Below, one piece after another: positions 24,736-38,387 of a stretch of 64,000 nt of DNA. Position numbers and translations under genes: made by a program. Source of the stretch: Eledone cirrhosa (lineage: Eukaryota); NCBI GenBank assembly GCA_964016885.1, contig OZ024755.1, forward strand, positions 41,974,001-42,038,000, written 5' to 3'. How positions within the stretch are numbered: position 1 is the stretch's first letter; every line of letters begins with the position of its first letter. The notes under the pieces are model-generated. The model was not told the origin of the DNA. It saw only the letters and a program-made list of their open reading frames with translations, and searched no databases.

Positions 24736-24869
24736 TATTAAAATAACAGATTAAAGTTTAAGCAAAGAATCGCTGCTTTCATCCTTAACGGGATCTTCTT
24801 GTTTCAGAAGATCCCGTTAAGGGTGAAAGCAGCGATTCTTTGCTTAAACTTTAATCTGTTATTTTAATA
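24736..24869. repeat. ~130-bp fold-back palindrome of a dispersed repeat (arm also at 31994-32061 and 40489-40541)
   Basis: attaaaataacagattaaag...gggatcttct / agaagatccc...ctttaatctgttattttaat. Confidence 0.9.
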
Positions 24870-25266
24870 CACATTTGTTCTTATATATTTTATATATATT
24901 TATCTTTATCGAGCCCTCTTTGGATTTCAGTCTTCGCTTTTATTATTATTACTATATATATATATATATATATATAACGAAGGAAATGTGGTAAGGAACC
25001 AAGTGGACCATAACGCACCAAAGTACTCAATACTTAGGGTAGTAGAGTGGGTAATATGTCAGAAGAATTGGTTGTTATTTGGTGTTGGTAAGTGAAGTTT
25101 TGAAATATTTATTATACCAAAACATGTAGGATAAATTATATTTCTGAATTTGCAATTTGTCCTAGTTTGTTCTTTACAGATCAGCAGCGTCATGTGCAGA
25201 TGTTTCATTCCGAGGTTGGGGAAATTACTTCCGACGCACCTCTCTATATGTCCATCAAGTGGAATC

Positions 25267-25408
<142 letters not shown>

Positions 25409-25562
25409 GATCTGTTGTTGCGGTGCGGTCATCCGTTTACGTAAATCACACTCTAAATTCATGCGTAATTTTAGGGTAAAAACTTTAGAGCATTCTCTTT
25501 CTTTTGGGTGTATGAGTCAATTTCTTTCTTATTATTTGAATGAGGGAGGTGAGGGATGGATG

Positions 25563-25688
25563 GTGGAGGATTGGTAGTGTCGGTGAGGCATCGGACAACA
25601 TGCTTTGCGGCATAGAGTTATGGCCTTTTACGTTCTGAGTTCAAATCCCGCTAAGTTTAAGTTTGCCTTTCATCATTAAGAGGTCGTC
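25563..25688 (+). mobile_element. SINE family A 5' half
   Basis: A-box-like ttggtagtgtcgg, B box gagttcaaatcc and start of the core. Confidence 0.75.
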
Positions 25689-25726
25689 CTCAAGTATGGT
25701 TTGCTAATTTGTAGTGGAACTCTCTC

Positions 25727-25830
<104 letters not shown>

Positions 25831-26472
25831 AATAAGAATATTTATATATGTTTGATATAACTATAAATATGTAGGCTAGTACTAAGTACTTGCCAGTTAC
25901 CGGTATGTCAAAAGGCTCAATGGAAATTTTCAAGTGTTTTACAGAGCCGAGATACAAAGAGTTAAAACGATCAAATTTTAGTTTAGAACATTCATTTGCT
26001 GACAATTGTTTCTTCCAGAGGGATTGTACAGCAATTTTCCTTGCTTATAACTTTTTTGCCTCTGTTTTTGCTTGTGATTTTTTTGCTTGTGCTTTTTACT
26101 TAAATCTATTACATTTTCAACCAGTGCTGCCTGTAATTGTGTTCTTTCAAGCAGAACATCTTTTTAACTCCTGACTCTCCACATGTTACCTATGACATTA
26201 ACAACAATTATGTACCCTAAATGTTCTAAATGACTAAGATTTTAGTAACATGTTTCGACATTCCCTATGCTCCGATGATATATATATATTCTACCCGCCG
26301 AAAATATATATATATATGTATGTATATTCCCTCTGATAGTTTGTAAAATGTTTACATAGATCTATATGATATACATACCAACACACACATATATATCCTA
26401 GAAACGATCGTAAAATGGTGAATTTTTTAATATAAGGAACTGTTTCTTTGTTTTTATTCATTGTCTTTATTA

Positions 26473-26510
<38 letters not shown>

Positions 26511-26932
26511 TACCCGCCGAAATGCGATTCTCGCTGAATTTATATTTGTATTAATCTCCCAAGTTTTACAATTAACCTGTTAATTGACAGATTAATTGCA
26601 TAAGTTTATTTTAAAAACTACCCGGTTGAATGCTTGTTCGATATGTGCTATTTATGCAATTTTTTGCATGATTTACACATACTGAATTCATTTGCCAAAT
26701 TCTGGGGTTTTTTCCCTTGTGAAATACACATGTGCTTTTACAAAGCACTACGTCATTCATAACACTGGCACAGAACAAAATACCTGTTGATAACGTGATA
26801 TTCCTTGTTCGATCATTGTACCAAAAGCTTATAGTTTTAAGCAGATCATATTATTGATTAAGGTGTCACAGAAACCCTGTATTTGGATTTTACCATCAAT
26901 TCCAATGGGTCCAGGTTGGTTATATATGTGTG

Positions 26933-27036
<104 letters not shown>

Positions 27037-27056
27037 TATATATATATATATGTATA

Positions 27057-27851
27057 TCTTCCTCTATCGATTTTAAATCGTATGGTTGATTGTAGACTTG
27101 TTCTATATGTGACGGTATTTTAACGATAGTTATAGCTCTGATTCATCTGAATTATTGAGCCCTCTGCCGTTCATGTCGAATCTCGTTTATCGTGAACTCG
27201 TGCGCCGATTTTTCGATACTCGATCTTTCTAATATATTTAGCTCTGGACATAGCTATCCACCAGTTAATTTTATTGCTCATTTTTTGTCGATTCTATTGA
27301 GTGATGAATAGCTTTTGTTTTATTTTAACATGTCTATTGAGCACTCTAATTCGATATGTGTATTTCCACATTCACTCGAATTGTTTTCGCGGATATAGGG
27401 GTCATCTCCCTTGTCTAATGCCATGTGCGTTTTTCACTGGTAGTTGGCTCCTCTGCCGCCAGGAAAAAACTCGTTGAGAAAGTAAAACTCCGTTCCCGCT
27501 TACTCTAGTAGGCTTTTATATTTATATGTGAGCTGATAGAGTACAGTCTAAGGATTTACAGAAACCCATGAAGCTAGATTTAACACCTGTCTAGTGGGTC
27601 CGGGTATGATTTTACATTCATTTAAATTATTGACGTATTGTTTTATTGATATTTTTTATCTGTTTGTCCCGAATCTTCCTCTATCGATTTTAAATCGTAT
27701 GGTTGATTGTAGACTTGTTCTATATGTGACGGTATTTTAACGATAGTTATAGCTCTGATTCATCTGAATTATTGAGCCCTCTGCCGTTCATGTCGAATCT
27801 CGTTTATCGTGAACTCGTGCGCCGATTTTTCGATACTCGATCTTTCTAATA

Positions 27852-27853
<2 letters not shown>
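27057..27853. mobile_element. Non-coding element with ~180-bp direct terminal repeats (617-bp period) embedded in (TA)n
   Basis: 27057-27236 matches 27674-27853; long (TA)n on both sides. Confidence 0.75.
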
Positions 27854-27943
<90 letters not shown>

Positions 27944-28150
27944 TTTATCATTTATTTTGTCTGACCTATTTAGCTTGACTTGTTTTTTGGCTTAGGTGGT
28001 TAATGCCTTCTTCACCGCCATTTCAGTTTGTATGGCGTTTATAACCTATGTTTATAATTCTGGTTTTTTAAACTATGGAGCGCTGCCAGCATGACTCTGA
28101 TTTGCGTTACGTTTCGCTTTTTCTACCCGCCGGAATGCGATTCTTACTGA

Positions 28151-28200
<50 letters not shown>

Positions 28201-28409
28201 GGGATAACAGGTTATCGTTATAGGCAGTCCACTTGGATATAGTCCAGTTAGAATACTCCGTAACGTGTGGGTTAGTTTGACTCAACAAGTCGTTTCCATA
28301 GTGATGCTGCGAGTTCGCGGTGATTTCTATATAGTTTATACTTGGAGTAATAATAATTCAAGAAAGAAGAGTGACATGGTTTGCTATACAATAAGGGCTT
28401 TATTCACAT

Positions 28410-28519
28410 TGCTGACAATTGTTTCTTTGATCTGGTAGGTCTAGAGTTCGCTACTCGCCTGATTTTGCGTCAATCGATCTCCAATACTTTGTTTATAACC
28501 AGTCGTTTTCATCAGAGCA
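28410..28519 (-). ncRNA. Type I hammerhead ribozyme motif with extended stem II; inverted copy at 30431-30540 has a core mutation (CTAATGA)
   Basis: tgct-CTGATGA-...ctggt..accag...-GAAAC-aatt-GTC-agca. Confidence 0.65.
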
Positions 28520-29079
28520 CGCGAAAGTGAAGAAGATACACAAGGCATGGCTTTTATAGAGGAGTGGTATTAAACCAGAACAATAATATCAATAATAAAA
28601 TAACTAGATACTGAATAGTTAAAATAATAACATCAATATAAGTAAGAAATAGAGTATAATGATGAATTTAGCATGTTAAGCGAACTGATATGATACAGAT
28701 GTATGAAATTGACATGTGAAAACTGCTATAGAGTACATTAGATGTAGTGTTTAGTTGGTGAATAGATAACAGATAAAATGTACTTGGAGTCAGGAATCCT
28801 GTCTGCAGAAAATTGACCTTTCTATTTTGCTGTTGAGTAGCATGTTATCGTTCCTTAAGATATGCAGCAATTCAAGGTTGCAGAACCCGCAATGGGACAT
28901 ACCGATGCAATAGGCGTTTGCGGCCGCTAATTTCGACTACTAAACACAAACACATTACAACCACAAACGCACATGAACACACCACAGCAAAACTTCAATA
29001 GGCATGAATCACAACCCACATATAACAGTTTGCAAAACCGCAATGTGAAAGCTGCACCGAGTAATACTTCACACTGCTA

Positions 29080-29493
29080 TTGTCAGATAAGTGGCCATCA
29101 GCGAATAGGTGTCTTGATTCGAGCCTAGTGTACATGTGTACTGTAAACTCGGGAAAATCCACTTGGCACTACATTGGATCCACCGCAGGTGTTTTAAAAA
29201 AAAGATGGTATGTACACAGACATTCAATGAAGAACCGTGCACTGGTAAATACTACAATCCTCGCCAATAAAATCTGGCAACTTAAGGACAAAAACCTTGA
29301 TTACAATATTAGCCGGTCGAAATTAGCGGTCGCAAAAGCCTATAGCAGCGGTATGTCTCAATGTGGGCTCTGCAACCTTGAATTGCTACATAGCTTAAGG
29401 AACAATAAAATGCTACTCAACAGCAAAATAGAAAGGTCAATTTTCTGCAGACATAGGATTGCTACAAAATTCGCGGGATTTAAACCACCGTGA
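29080..29493 (+). pseudogene. Penelope GIY-YIG endonuclease C-terminal domain
   Basis: SLVY...YIGST..LKKRW..H, CGLC..E, LLNSK.E....CRH. Confidence 0.85.
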
Positions 29494-30591
29494 TTCGAAC
29501 CAACATCACTTAGCTTTTAACATATGAAATCCACATTCTCACACAGCCCACTACAGAACCATAATCTTCTATAAACACCTTCTAGCCTCCCTAATTCTAT
29601 ACCACTAGGATGGGGCCGTAATGTCTACAACTATCTTATCAGCCCATAAATCAATGCCATCTTTGCTGTTGTTTACCCCTTCGGACCAAACAATTATATC
29701 TACGTATCTCACATTAGGACTCATGATGAACATAATTCTAAGTACATTATCTTATTACCCCTACACTCCTTGAAATCTTATTTTTCTCTTATTATTATTA
29801 TGATCATCTCAATGTATCCCTAATATTATTCATCATGTTCTCTATGCATATTTTACTATTTTATTACCTTTATTGTCTCTATTATTGTTGTTATTATTGT
29901 CTTATTTGTTATTGATGGTGTGAAAATTAAACCCCCATGATTCGAACTAAGAATCCCAACTTTTAGAATAGGCCACTTAAATAAACGAATCTACAACTCC
30001 ACTTAACACCACATAAAAACTATATTTTTCTTCGCACCCTATCATTCTCACTAAATTAATACAATCAAAATGTTTATCTGTCAAACAATAAATAAACCTC
30101 CGGTTTATGGCCAACGTGCCCTCATACCTACAGCAAACGCTTATACCTCCTAAATCCTGGCTCCAAGTACATTTCATCTGTTATCTATTCACCACCTTAA
30201 CACTACATCTAATGTACTCTATAGCAGTTTTCACATGTCAATTTCATACATCTGTATCATATCAGTTCGCATAACATGCTAAATTCATCATTATACTCTA
30301 TTTCTTACTTATATTGATGTTATTATTCTAACTATTCAGTATCTAGTTATTTTATTATTGATATTATTGTTCTGGTTTAATACCACTCCTCTATAAAAGC
30401 CATGCCTTGTGTATCTTCTTCACTTTCGCGTGCTCTAATGAAAACGACTGGTTATAAACAAAGTATTGGAGATCGATTGACGCAAAATCAGGCGAGTAGC
30501 GAACTCTAGACCTACCAGATCAAAGAAACAATTGTCAGCAATGTGAATAAAGCCCTTATTGTATAGCAAACCATGCCACTCTTCTTTCTTG

Positions 30592-30645
<54 letters not shown>

Positions 30646-30714
30646 GTGTAGACAGAGAGAGATAGAGAGAAAAAAAGATATATATATATATATATATCCT
30701 GAGGCATTTTTGTC

Positions 30715-31480
30715 CATCGCTGCAATACATAGCGGCATCTGCTCGGTGATCAAAATTAATGGCCACCTTTCAGAACCGTTTCAACTCTCCCGCTCGGTCC
30801 GTCAAGGGTGCCCTCTCTCCTACCCTTTGTACGTATTGACTCTCGAGCCTTTGCTACAGAAGCTGGAGCTGTTGCATAGTATCTGGTTCGTACCGTGATC
30901 CGGAAAGGCTGTGTCGGCATATGCGGACGACATCACAGTTATGGTGTCGAACACATCGGAAATCGAGGTCTCCATCACCTTCTTGGAGGAATATAAAAGC
31001 AAAAATAAACCCGGAAAAGTCGGTGGGCTTGCAGCTCGGCACCTGGAGAGTCAAATACATGTCGTCCAACAGCGTCGTCGGGCGCTGGACAGATAAAGTT
31101 GCTCGAGGTTTTGTTTGGACCAGATCCCCAGGTGGATAAGAGTTGGGACGAGATTACAATCATTGTAGCCATGCTCATCTAGAATTGGTCCGTGGAGAAG
31201 CTGTGCCTGAAAGGTCGGGTGGAGGTGGCGAACGCGTACATGGCATCCGTCATCTACTACTGCCTGATTGCCGTGCCTTGCTCCAGTTCGTTCCTCACCA
31301 AATTGGAACAGCTTCTGTTCAACTTCTTGTGGAGGGGACACGTTCCGTTGGTGAGGCTGTCCATCTGCTGCCAGTATCCTCAACGTGAAGGGCTGGGCTG
31401 GGTATGCTGTGGTTAATGATGCGCAAACATACACTGAGGCTGCGACATCTCCAAATATACCTGCCTAAACTGTGAACAGT
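30715..31480 (+). mobile_element. L1/Tx1 RT fragment related to 18754-21008
   Basis: SVRQGCPLS, SAYADD, INPEKSVGLQLGTWR, KGRVEVANAY. Confidence 0.88.
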
Positions 31481-32089
31481 TTCATTTCAAAATATAACTG
31501 ATCAAAATATGTTCATATTTACTATAAATTCTTCCGGTGTATGGGAAAACTGGCGTAAGAAGATGACCAAAGCAATTTGTCTTCAATTTGTCTGATCCTT
31601 CCGGTAGATATACATATTTCCTACGTTTGCATTGCAACGATAAGGGTTCAAATAAAGTTGACACAAAAATAGTTTCTCAATGAATTCATATAAATTTTAT
31701 TTTTATATTCTTCAAAACAATATGTTACAAGATAATTATTATAATAATTAAATATAATTTTCTCTTTTTTGTCTAAACATAATGGATAAATATCAAATAC
31801 AACAGATTAAACAGAAAATATGTTAACAAAAGTATAAATATGTTTATGTATATATATATATGTATGTATGTATATATATATGTATATATATATGTTTATA
31901 TATATATATAGATGTATATATATATGTATGTAATAATAATAAATTTGAAGACTAAAATCCAAAGAGGGCTCGATAAGGATAAATATATATTTATTTCAGA
32001 AGATCCCGTTAAGGGTGAAAGCAGCGATTCTTTGCTTAAACTTTAATCTGTTATTTTAATAAATATATATATATGTATATATATATATG

Positions 32090-32150
<61 letters not shown>

Positions 32151-32153
<3 letters not shown>

Positions 32154-32352
32154 AACGAGTAGGACCCCGACGGCTGAGCTCAAGCCGTTTCGACGGCTAA
32201 TTCTGGACTAATTTTAGTCCAGAATTAGCCGTCGAAACGGCTTGAGCTCAGCCGTCGGGGTCCTACTCGTTCCTATTACCCACTCTACTACCCTAAGTAT
32301 TGAGTACTTTGGTGCGTTATGGTCCATCTGGTTCCTTACCACATTTCCTTCG

Positions 32353-32356
<4 letters not shown>
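32151..32356. repeat. Fold-back palindromic PLE-terminus-like repeat, family P (copies 38118-38306 and 63132-63333; partial 24975-25055)
   Basis: ~60-bp arms centred on ...aattctggact/agtccagaatt...; lies in (TA)n; contains the half-hammerhead GAAAC-ggc..gcc-GTC. Confidence 0.85.
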
Positions 32357-32416
<60 letters not shown>

Positions 32417-32509
32417 GAAGTAATTCCGTCGTAAAGGTACAGTAAAAAAGAGTGCTCTATGTAGGTTACAGAGCTTATTAGTTATGTAATAAACAACATA
32501 AGATTATTA

Positions 32510-32569
32510 TTTCATTTACCAGTGGTTTCTTGAAAGCAAATAAATCTGCTTTCAGTCGTCAGAATGAAA
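32510..32569 (-). ncRNA. Type I hammerhead ribozyme motif
   Basis: tttcatt-CTGACGA-ct gaaagca(gatttatt)tgctttc aa-GAAAC-cactg-GTA-aatgaaa; 7-bp stem I and 7-bp stem II. Confidence 0.8.
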
Positions 32570-32682
32570 AAAACCCTGTGTTTTTATTGAATATCCACCG
32601 CCCTACCACCTTTCATAATAATATCACATATTTGTTGTTTATTATCAACATGTTATCGATGATAAATAATAATAATAATAAT

Positions 32683-33525
32683 GATTTCTACTTTAGGCAC
32701 AAGGCCAGTAATTTTGGGGTAGGGCAATCGATTAGATCAACCTCAGTACATTACTGGTACTTTATTTTATCGACTCCGTAAGAATGAAAAGTATGAAAGA
32801 GCCGGAACAAAGACTCCAGTGCCCTTTCTCCGACACTCTACCGATTCAGCCAATCCACCACCCTTAATGGTTTCCACTTTAGATACAAGACAAGTAGTTT
32901 GTGGAGCGTCGAGAGTCGATGACATCGACTCTAGTACTTCATTGGAACTTTATTTCATCGACACCAAAAACATGAAAAGGTAAAGCTAACCATTGCAGGA
33001 TTTGAATTCAGAATGCAAAGAGCCACAACTAAATGTTGTAAGATGTTTTGTCTGGCGCTCTAACGATTCTGCCAACCACCACTATAATAATAATAATTGT
33101 TTCTACTATTGGAACAAGGCCAGCAATTACCCATTACATCACTGGTACTTTATTTTATCGACCCCGTAAGGATGAAAGGCAAAGTTAACCTCGACGGGAT
33201 TTGAACTCAGAATGGCAAGGGCCGTAACTCTATGCGCCAAAGCATGGCGTCCGACCCTCTACCGATACCGCCAATTCACAATGTTTCTAGTATAGGCACA
33301 AGGTCAGCAATTTTAAAGGGAGGCGAAAGCTGATTAAATTTACCCCAGTGCATGACTGGTACTTTATTTGATCGACCTCGTAAGGATGAAAGGCAAAGCT
33401 AACCTCGGCGGCATTTGAACTCCGCGGTTAATTTTACCTTTCATCCTTACTGGGTGGATAAAATAAAGTACCAGTAATACACTGGGTAATTGTGGCCTTG
33501 TGCTAAAAGTAGAAACAATTATTAT
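32683..33525 (-). mobile_element. Cluster of about five SINE family A copies (32683-32865, 32870-33082, 33097-33280, 33283-33425 on -; 33425-33525 on +)
   Basis: Repeated ggcacaaggccagc...ggtactttattttatcgacccc..aaggatgaaagg...gatttgaactcag blocks separated by (AAT)n. Confidence 0.85.
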
Positions 33526-33944
33526 TGACCAAAGCCAATAATTATATGGCGCCGAAGCAAGACGAAGTGTATTTGAAAACGAAAAATGTTGCTGATTACA
33601 CAATCTCGGAGTGTTTCTGTGTATTAATAACCAGGATAGCAGAGATTGTAAGAGAGAAAACAAAATATGTAAATTTTGTAATATCATATAAGAGCAGAGA
33701 CGAAAATATCGAAATTTATCTATAATTTGTTAAAGAACTGAGTGTTACTGTCTTGAGAGCATTGGAAGAGAATGGGCCTGCGTCGGTTGGGATGAGGAAT
33801 GGTCCTCTAGTTTGATCAATGAAACAACCTGCACGTGAAATTAACATACATGTGACTGGAGATTACACAGAAACGGGTTCTCTTAATGTAATTCTCAGGG
33901 AGATTCAGTGCGACACTACATAATACAGTCTATCCGACGGACTT

Positions 33945-34092
33945 ACAAACAGTTTCCGTCTATACAATTTCCCTTTGAAGACATTGGTTGAGTCGAGGTT
34001 ATGGCAAATGAGACTCAAGGTGCCACGTTGTGGAATCAAACCTCGAGGTTTGATGATTACAAGGCGAATATCTTAACCGTGCTGTGTCCAGG
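33945..34092 (-). mobile_element. Degenerate second SINE family (B); related pieces at 35230-35390 and 37120-37250
   Basis: Shared cagtttccgtcta...cattggtt...caaggtgccacg..tgg..tc.aacc (reverse B-box-like) block. Confidence 0.5.
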
Positions 34093-34297
34093 CACTTAAA
34101 ATAGTACGAAAACTAGGCCTCAATTATAGCACAATAACTTAGTAGTGTGCCACTCTGCAGTTTGATAAAATTCTCTGTTCAATATAGTTCTTCAGAACTG
34201 TGAAGATTTATTGTAACTAATTCTCAAGGACGGGAATGAGTCCTTTAATACGATTAAACTTCGTATGATGCGACGACAGCATATAATAATAATAATA

Positions 34298-34432
34298 ATG
34301 GCTTCTTATATAGGCACAAGGCCATCAATTTTGAGGGAGGGGAAAGTCGAGTAAATCGGCCCCAGTGCTTTATTTTATCGACCCCGTGAGGACGAAAGGC
34401 AAAGTTTACCTCGGCGGTATTTGAACTCAGAA
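34298..34432 (-). mobile_element. SINE family A, long form, partial
   Basis: ggcacaaggcc...ttattttatcgacccc...tttgaactcag after (AAT)n. Confidence 0.8.
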
Positions 34433-34749
34433 CTCAGACGTCCCACTCACAATGCTAGAATGGTGTTCAAATGTGATCTTCATATATAAAATAACAATGG
34501 AAAAGTGGCAGTCACAAAGGGGGACAATTCTGCTGGTCTTTATATCATCTTATGCCTGTTTCCTCTAGCTTGGTCCAGTGACTCCTAAGGTGGTCGTAAG
34601 GGCGTCACAGTGACATACAGCATTTCTTGGACATTTTAAAACCTAGTGGAGCCTATCTCCTCTCCAGGTCTGAACGGCGCAGATTTCTTCCATAGAAGGA
34701 TAGAAAGTAAGAAAGAGAGAAAGGCTAAGTGAAAAAGAGATATAAAGGA

Positions 34750-34900
34750 AGAATCGACCCTAGTACAAGACTGGTACTTTTTTATCGATCTCGAAACAAT
34801 GTAAGGCAAAGTTGACCTCAGTGGGATTTGAACTCAGGGAGAGTCGGAATATTGCAAAGTATTATTTCCGACGTTCTAACGTCTGTCAATCCTCGCCTTG
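34750..34900 (-). mobile_element. SINE family A, degenerate
   Basis: ctggtactttttatcgatc...ggcaaagttgacctcagtgggatttgaactcag. Confidence 0.7.
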
Positions 34901-35447
34901 TTGAGTGTCATTAATGCTGTTCAGTAGGTGTCCAACTCATAACAATGCCCTCCACAAACCCTTTTAAAAAGGGTAGCAAATCCCTTATGTATGCTGCAAG
35001 GAAATGTTCATAAGAAATCAGTGTAAACTTCCTTCAGCTAAAGTTTGAACCTAAAGGAAATCAATGTCAATTGTAATGATTATAGAATGAACCGCCGTCG
35101 GTTTCAACGATGAGCATCTAAGTAGCAGAGCATTCCACAGACACGTGTACTTTTGGCGTGATTTAGTGTGACACTGTATGACATGGCTGGCAATTTGAAC
35201 TACAGGTATATGCAACCAGCGGGGCTACCACAAAGTTTCTGTCTACTCACTTTCACACACAAGGCATAGGAAGACCCGAGGCTACGGTAAATTACTCTTT
35301 CCCAAGATAGCCCACGGTGGGATAGAACACAGGACCATTCGGCTATGCTGTGTCCAAAAATGAAGTGTTTATTACGGTGTGCAGAAAGGAAGTGACAAGT
35401 TGACCAATTACAGCGACCAAGCAATTAAACTCATTATATCACGTATT

Positions 35448-35781
35448 GACCTGATGAAGCAGCACCTGATACATTCTGTCACCCGATGAAGCAGCAGTTG
35501 ATACATTATGTCACCTGATGAAGCAGCACCTGATACATTCTGTCACCTGATGAAGCAACAGTTGATACATTATGTCACCTGATGAAGCAGCAGTTGAGAA
35601 ATTCTGTCACCTGATGAAGCAGCAGTTGATACATTATGTCACCTGATGAAGCAGCAGTTGAGAAATTCTGTCACCTGATGAAGCAGCAGTTGATACATTA
35701 TGTCACCTGATGAAGCAGCAGTTGAGAAATTCTGTCACCTGATGAAGCAGCAGTTGATACATTATGTCACCTGATAAAGCA
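35448..35781. repeat. 32-bp minisatellite, about 10 units (ACCTGATGAAGCAGCAGTTGATACATTATGTC)
   Basis: Direct sequence; two alternating variants. Confidence 0.95.
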
Positions 35782-36354
35782 ACCAATTTCAATTATTTCG
35801 GCAACTACGGAAGTCAATAACTGACAATTTTCGATCTTGTTATGACCTTATCAGCGAAGTATGGACTTTACCTTAATTGCCGAAGCAGTGATGACTGAAT
35901 TTCCCAGTAAAATGTACAAGAAGCTACACCAGATGGCATAGAAAAATTCAATCATTTCTACACTAAATTACTCATCTACGCCATTTGCATGGAAATAGAA
36001 TAGTTAAGCTCATGTTAATAAATTCATTGAAGGAAGGTTTAAAAATTAACCGGAAATAATAAGAAAATGTGGGGCCAACAACAGAATTAGGGCACTGGTT
36101 GTCCTATATACAGAAATAAGGGAGACAACCGAGATAATTATTAGGTACATGTTAATGCTGCAGATTATTCTTTAATTCTTTTATTGGTCTCAGACATGAC
36201 ACTGTAGTAATGGTGGGGTGTCACCTGGAAAGAATTTAATCATTTCACCAAAAATACTTAGTTTCTTTTTCATGTTGGGTACTTACTTAATCGGGAGTTT
36301 TGCAAGTTCCTGTAAATTGTTACCATAAACCAATAAGTAATGAAGGTATCGACT

Positions 36355-36560
36355 GTTACTCATGTGAAATATTAATGTAATGTTACTTCATGTGGAATAT
36401 TAATGTAATAAACTGGTACTACATGTGAAATATTAATGTAATGTTACTACATGTGAAATATTAATGTAATAAACTGGTACTACATGTGAAATATTAATGT
36501 AATGTTACTACATGTGAAATATTAATGTAATAAACTGGTACTACATGTGAAATATTAAAT
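36355..36560. repeat. 28/33-bp alternating minisatellite (TACTACATGTGAAATATTAATGTAAT core)
   Basis: Direct sequence. Confidence 0.9.
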
Positions 36561-36886
36561 GAAGCCTTTAATAAACTCTGTTGATTCCAATTCTAAACCC
36601 AAACATGTAGGTTAAGTTATAAAATTATAAAATTTAAAAAATTTGAAAAATTAAAAAAATTTAGAATTATAATATTATGGCGCAAGGGTGTACATTTTAG
36701 GCCGGTAGAAACATTTGTCAGGTTGATAAGGGTTTGAATTTTCGGAGCTTTTGAAATTAATATTTGTAGAACAGATCTTCGTGACCCCCCACACCCACCC
36801 CACTGCATTGAGCTTTTAATGAACCAGTAAATGAGTTTAACTACTACAGTTAATGATATTAATACTATTATATATATATATATATA

Positions 36887-37070
36887 ATTGTTTCTACTTT
36901 AGGCACAAGGCCAGCAATTACCCAGTGCATTACTGGTACTTTATTTTATCGACCCCGTAAGGATGAAAGGCAAAGTCAACCTCGGCGGGATTTGAACTCA
37001 GATCGTAAAGGGACGTAACTATGCTGGAAAGCATGGCGTCCGACCCTCTACCGATACTGCCAATCCACCG
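36887..37070 (-). mobile_element. Essentially complete SINE family A short form inserted in (TA)n
   Basis: Close match to 16644-16827. Confidence 0.9.
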
Positions 37071-37185
37071 TATATATATATAATGCGACATATATATATA
37101 TATATATTCGAGAAGCTTCTACAGTTACCATCTACCAAGTTTCACAAGGCATTGGTTAGCTGGAGTCTATAGAAGTCTCTTGAAG

Positions 37186-37516
37186 AAGGTGTGACGCAGT
37201 GGGTCTGGACAGGATCCAAAACCACGTGATTGCGATGTGAATCCGATAACGACAAAGGTATGGCTGTTGCTATTATGAATATGATAAGGACTAATAACAG
37301 TAAGGTACTACAGGTAGATCTCAGTTTGTCGGTATTTCGCTGTTTTGAGGTCTCGTGCCGTCGTTAGTAATTTCCGGTTAATTCTTGAAGCCACTGTTCC
37401 ATGTTTTCGTCTCAACGAATTCTCTGTGAACGATCCTGAAAATAGAGAAAGAAATCGATATATAAATATAAGTTTTTTAAGGCCACTTTCTCCGCCAAAG
37501 CAGGCCACATGACGTG
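37186..37516. repeat. Left arm of a long-range inverted repeat (partner 43155-43485)
   Basis: Reverse-complement match; near-identical spurious ORFs at 37308-37508(-) and 43163-43363(+). Confidence 0.9.
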
Positions 37517-38043
37517 GGGGTACTTTTCAAGATGCCAACCAATTTAGTCGCACAAAAACACACAGACGCAAACATTCACACATACACACTTACACAAATA
37601 CACCCCCCACACACATTCACACATGCACATACATATGCACACACATACACACACGGACGCATACATATATAGTAGAGCTTAGTATTGTAATGGCTAATTC
37701 ACACCAAGACTGTGGGCTCGTAGTTGACCTATTCCGAAGAGGCTAATTCCTTGCTGATGAAGCCGCTTTTAGCCAATTACGTAATACTGATTAGCTTTAC
37801 CTAATTTCTGAGCATGCCACTTCCATATAGACTGTAGCAGATGGAATAACAGAATCTAATGCATTAGTCCGGGACGAGATAATCAAATTCTCTACCCACA
37901 TGAAATAGTTGTTGTCACTATTTAACGTATTACTGTACATGCTACTTTCCATTGGGTTGGTATCTTAATGATGCTGGCTTAATTAAAGCATTGAATGAGG
38001 GGGAACATGATCGAAATATGTTCGGTCCTATCCGATGGTTTCG

Positions 38044-38121
<78 letters not shown>

Positions 38122-38387
38122 CGAAGGAAATGTGGTAAGGAACCAGGTGGACCATAACGCACCAAAGTACTCAATACTTAGGGTAGTAGAGTGGGTAATA
38201 GGAGCAAGTAAGACCCCGACGCCTGAGCTCAAGCCGTTTCGACGGCTAATTCTGAATTAGCCGTCGAAACAGCTTGAGCTCAGCCGTCGGGGTCTTACTT
38301 GTTCCTATATATATATATATATATATATATTTCGTTTCTGAATTTGTTTAGCAAGATTCTTTATCTGAAAACGTGTGTTGAAACCGA

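Larger units (their letters stand above)
28353..30597 (+). mobile_element. 5'-truncated Penelope-like element with inverted terminal arms and GIY-YIG remnant
   Basis: 28353-28796 is the reverse complement of 30155-30597; 28794-28940 is an inverted copy of ~29312-29460; GIY-YIG ORF between; hammerhead motifs in the arms. Confidence 0.88.

Noticed and set aside
24805-24840. Hammerhead in cagaagatcccgttaagggtgaaagcagcgattc (also 31996)
   Set aside because: The core reads CAGAAGA and no stem I/III pairing could be built, so it was not counted
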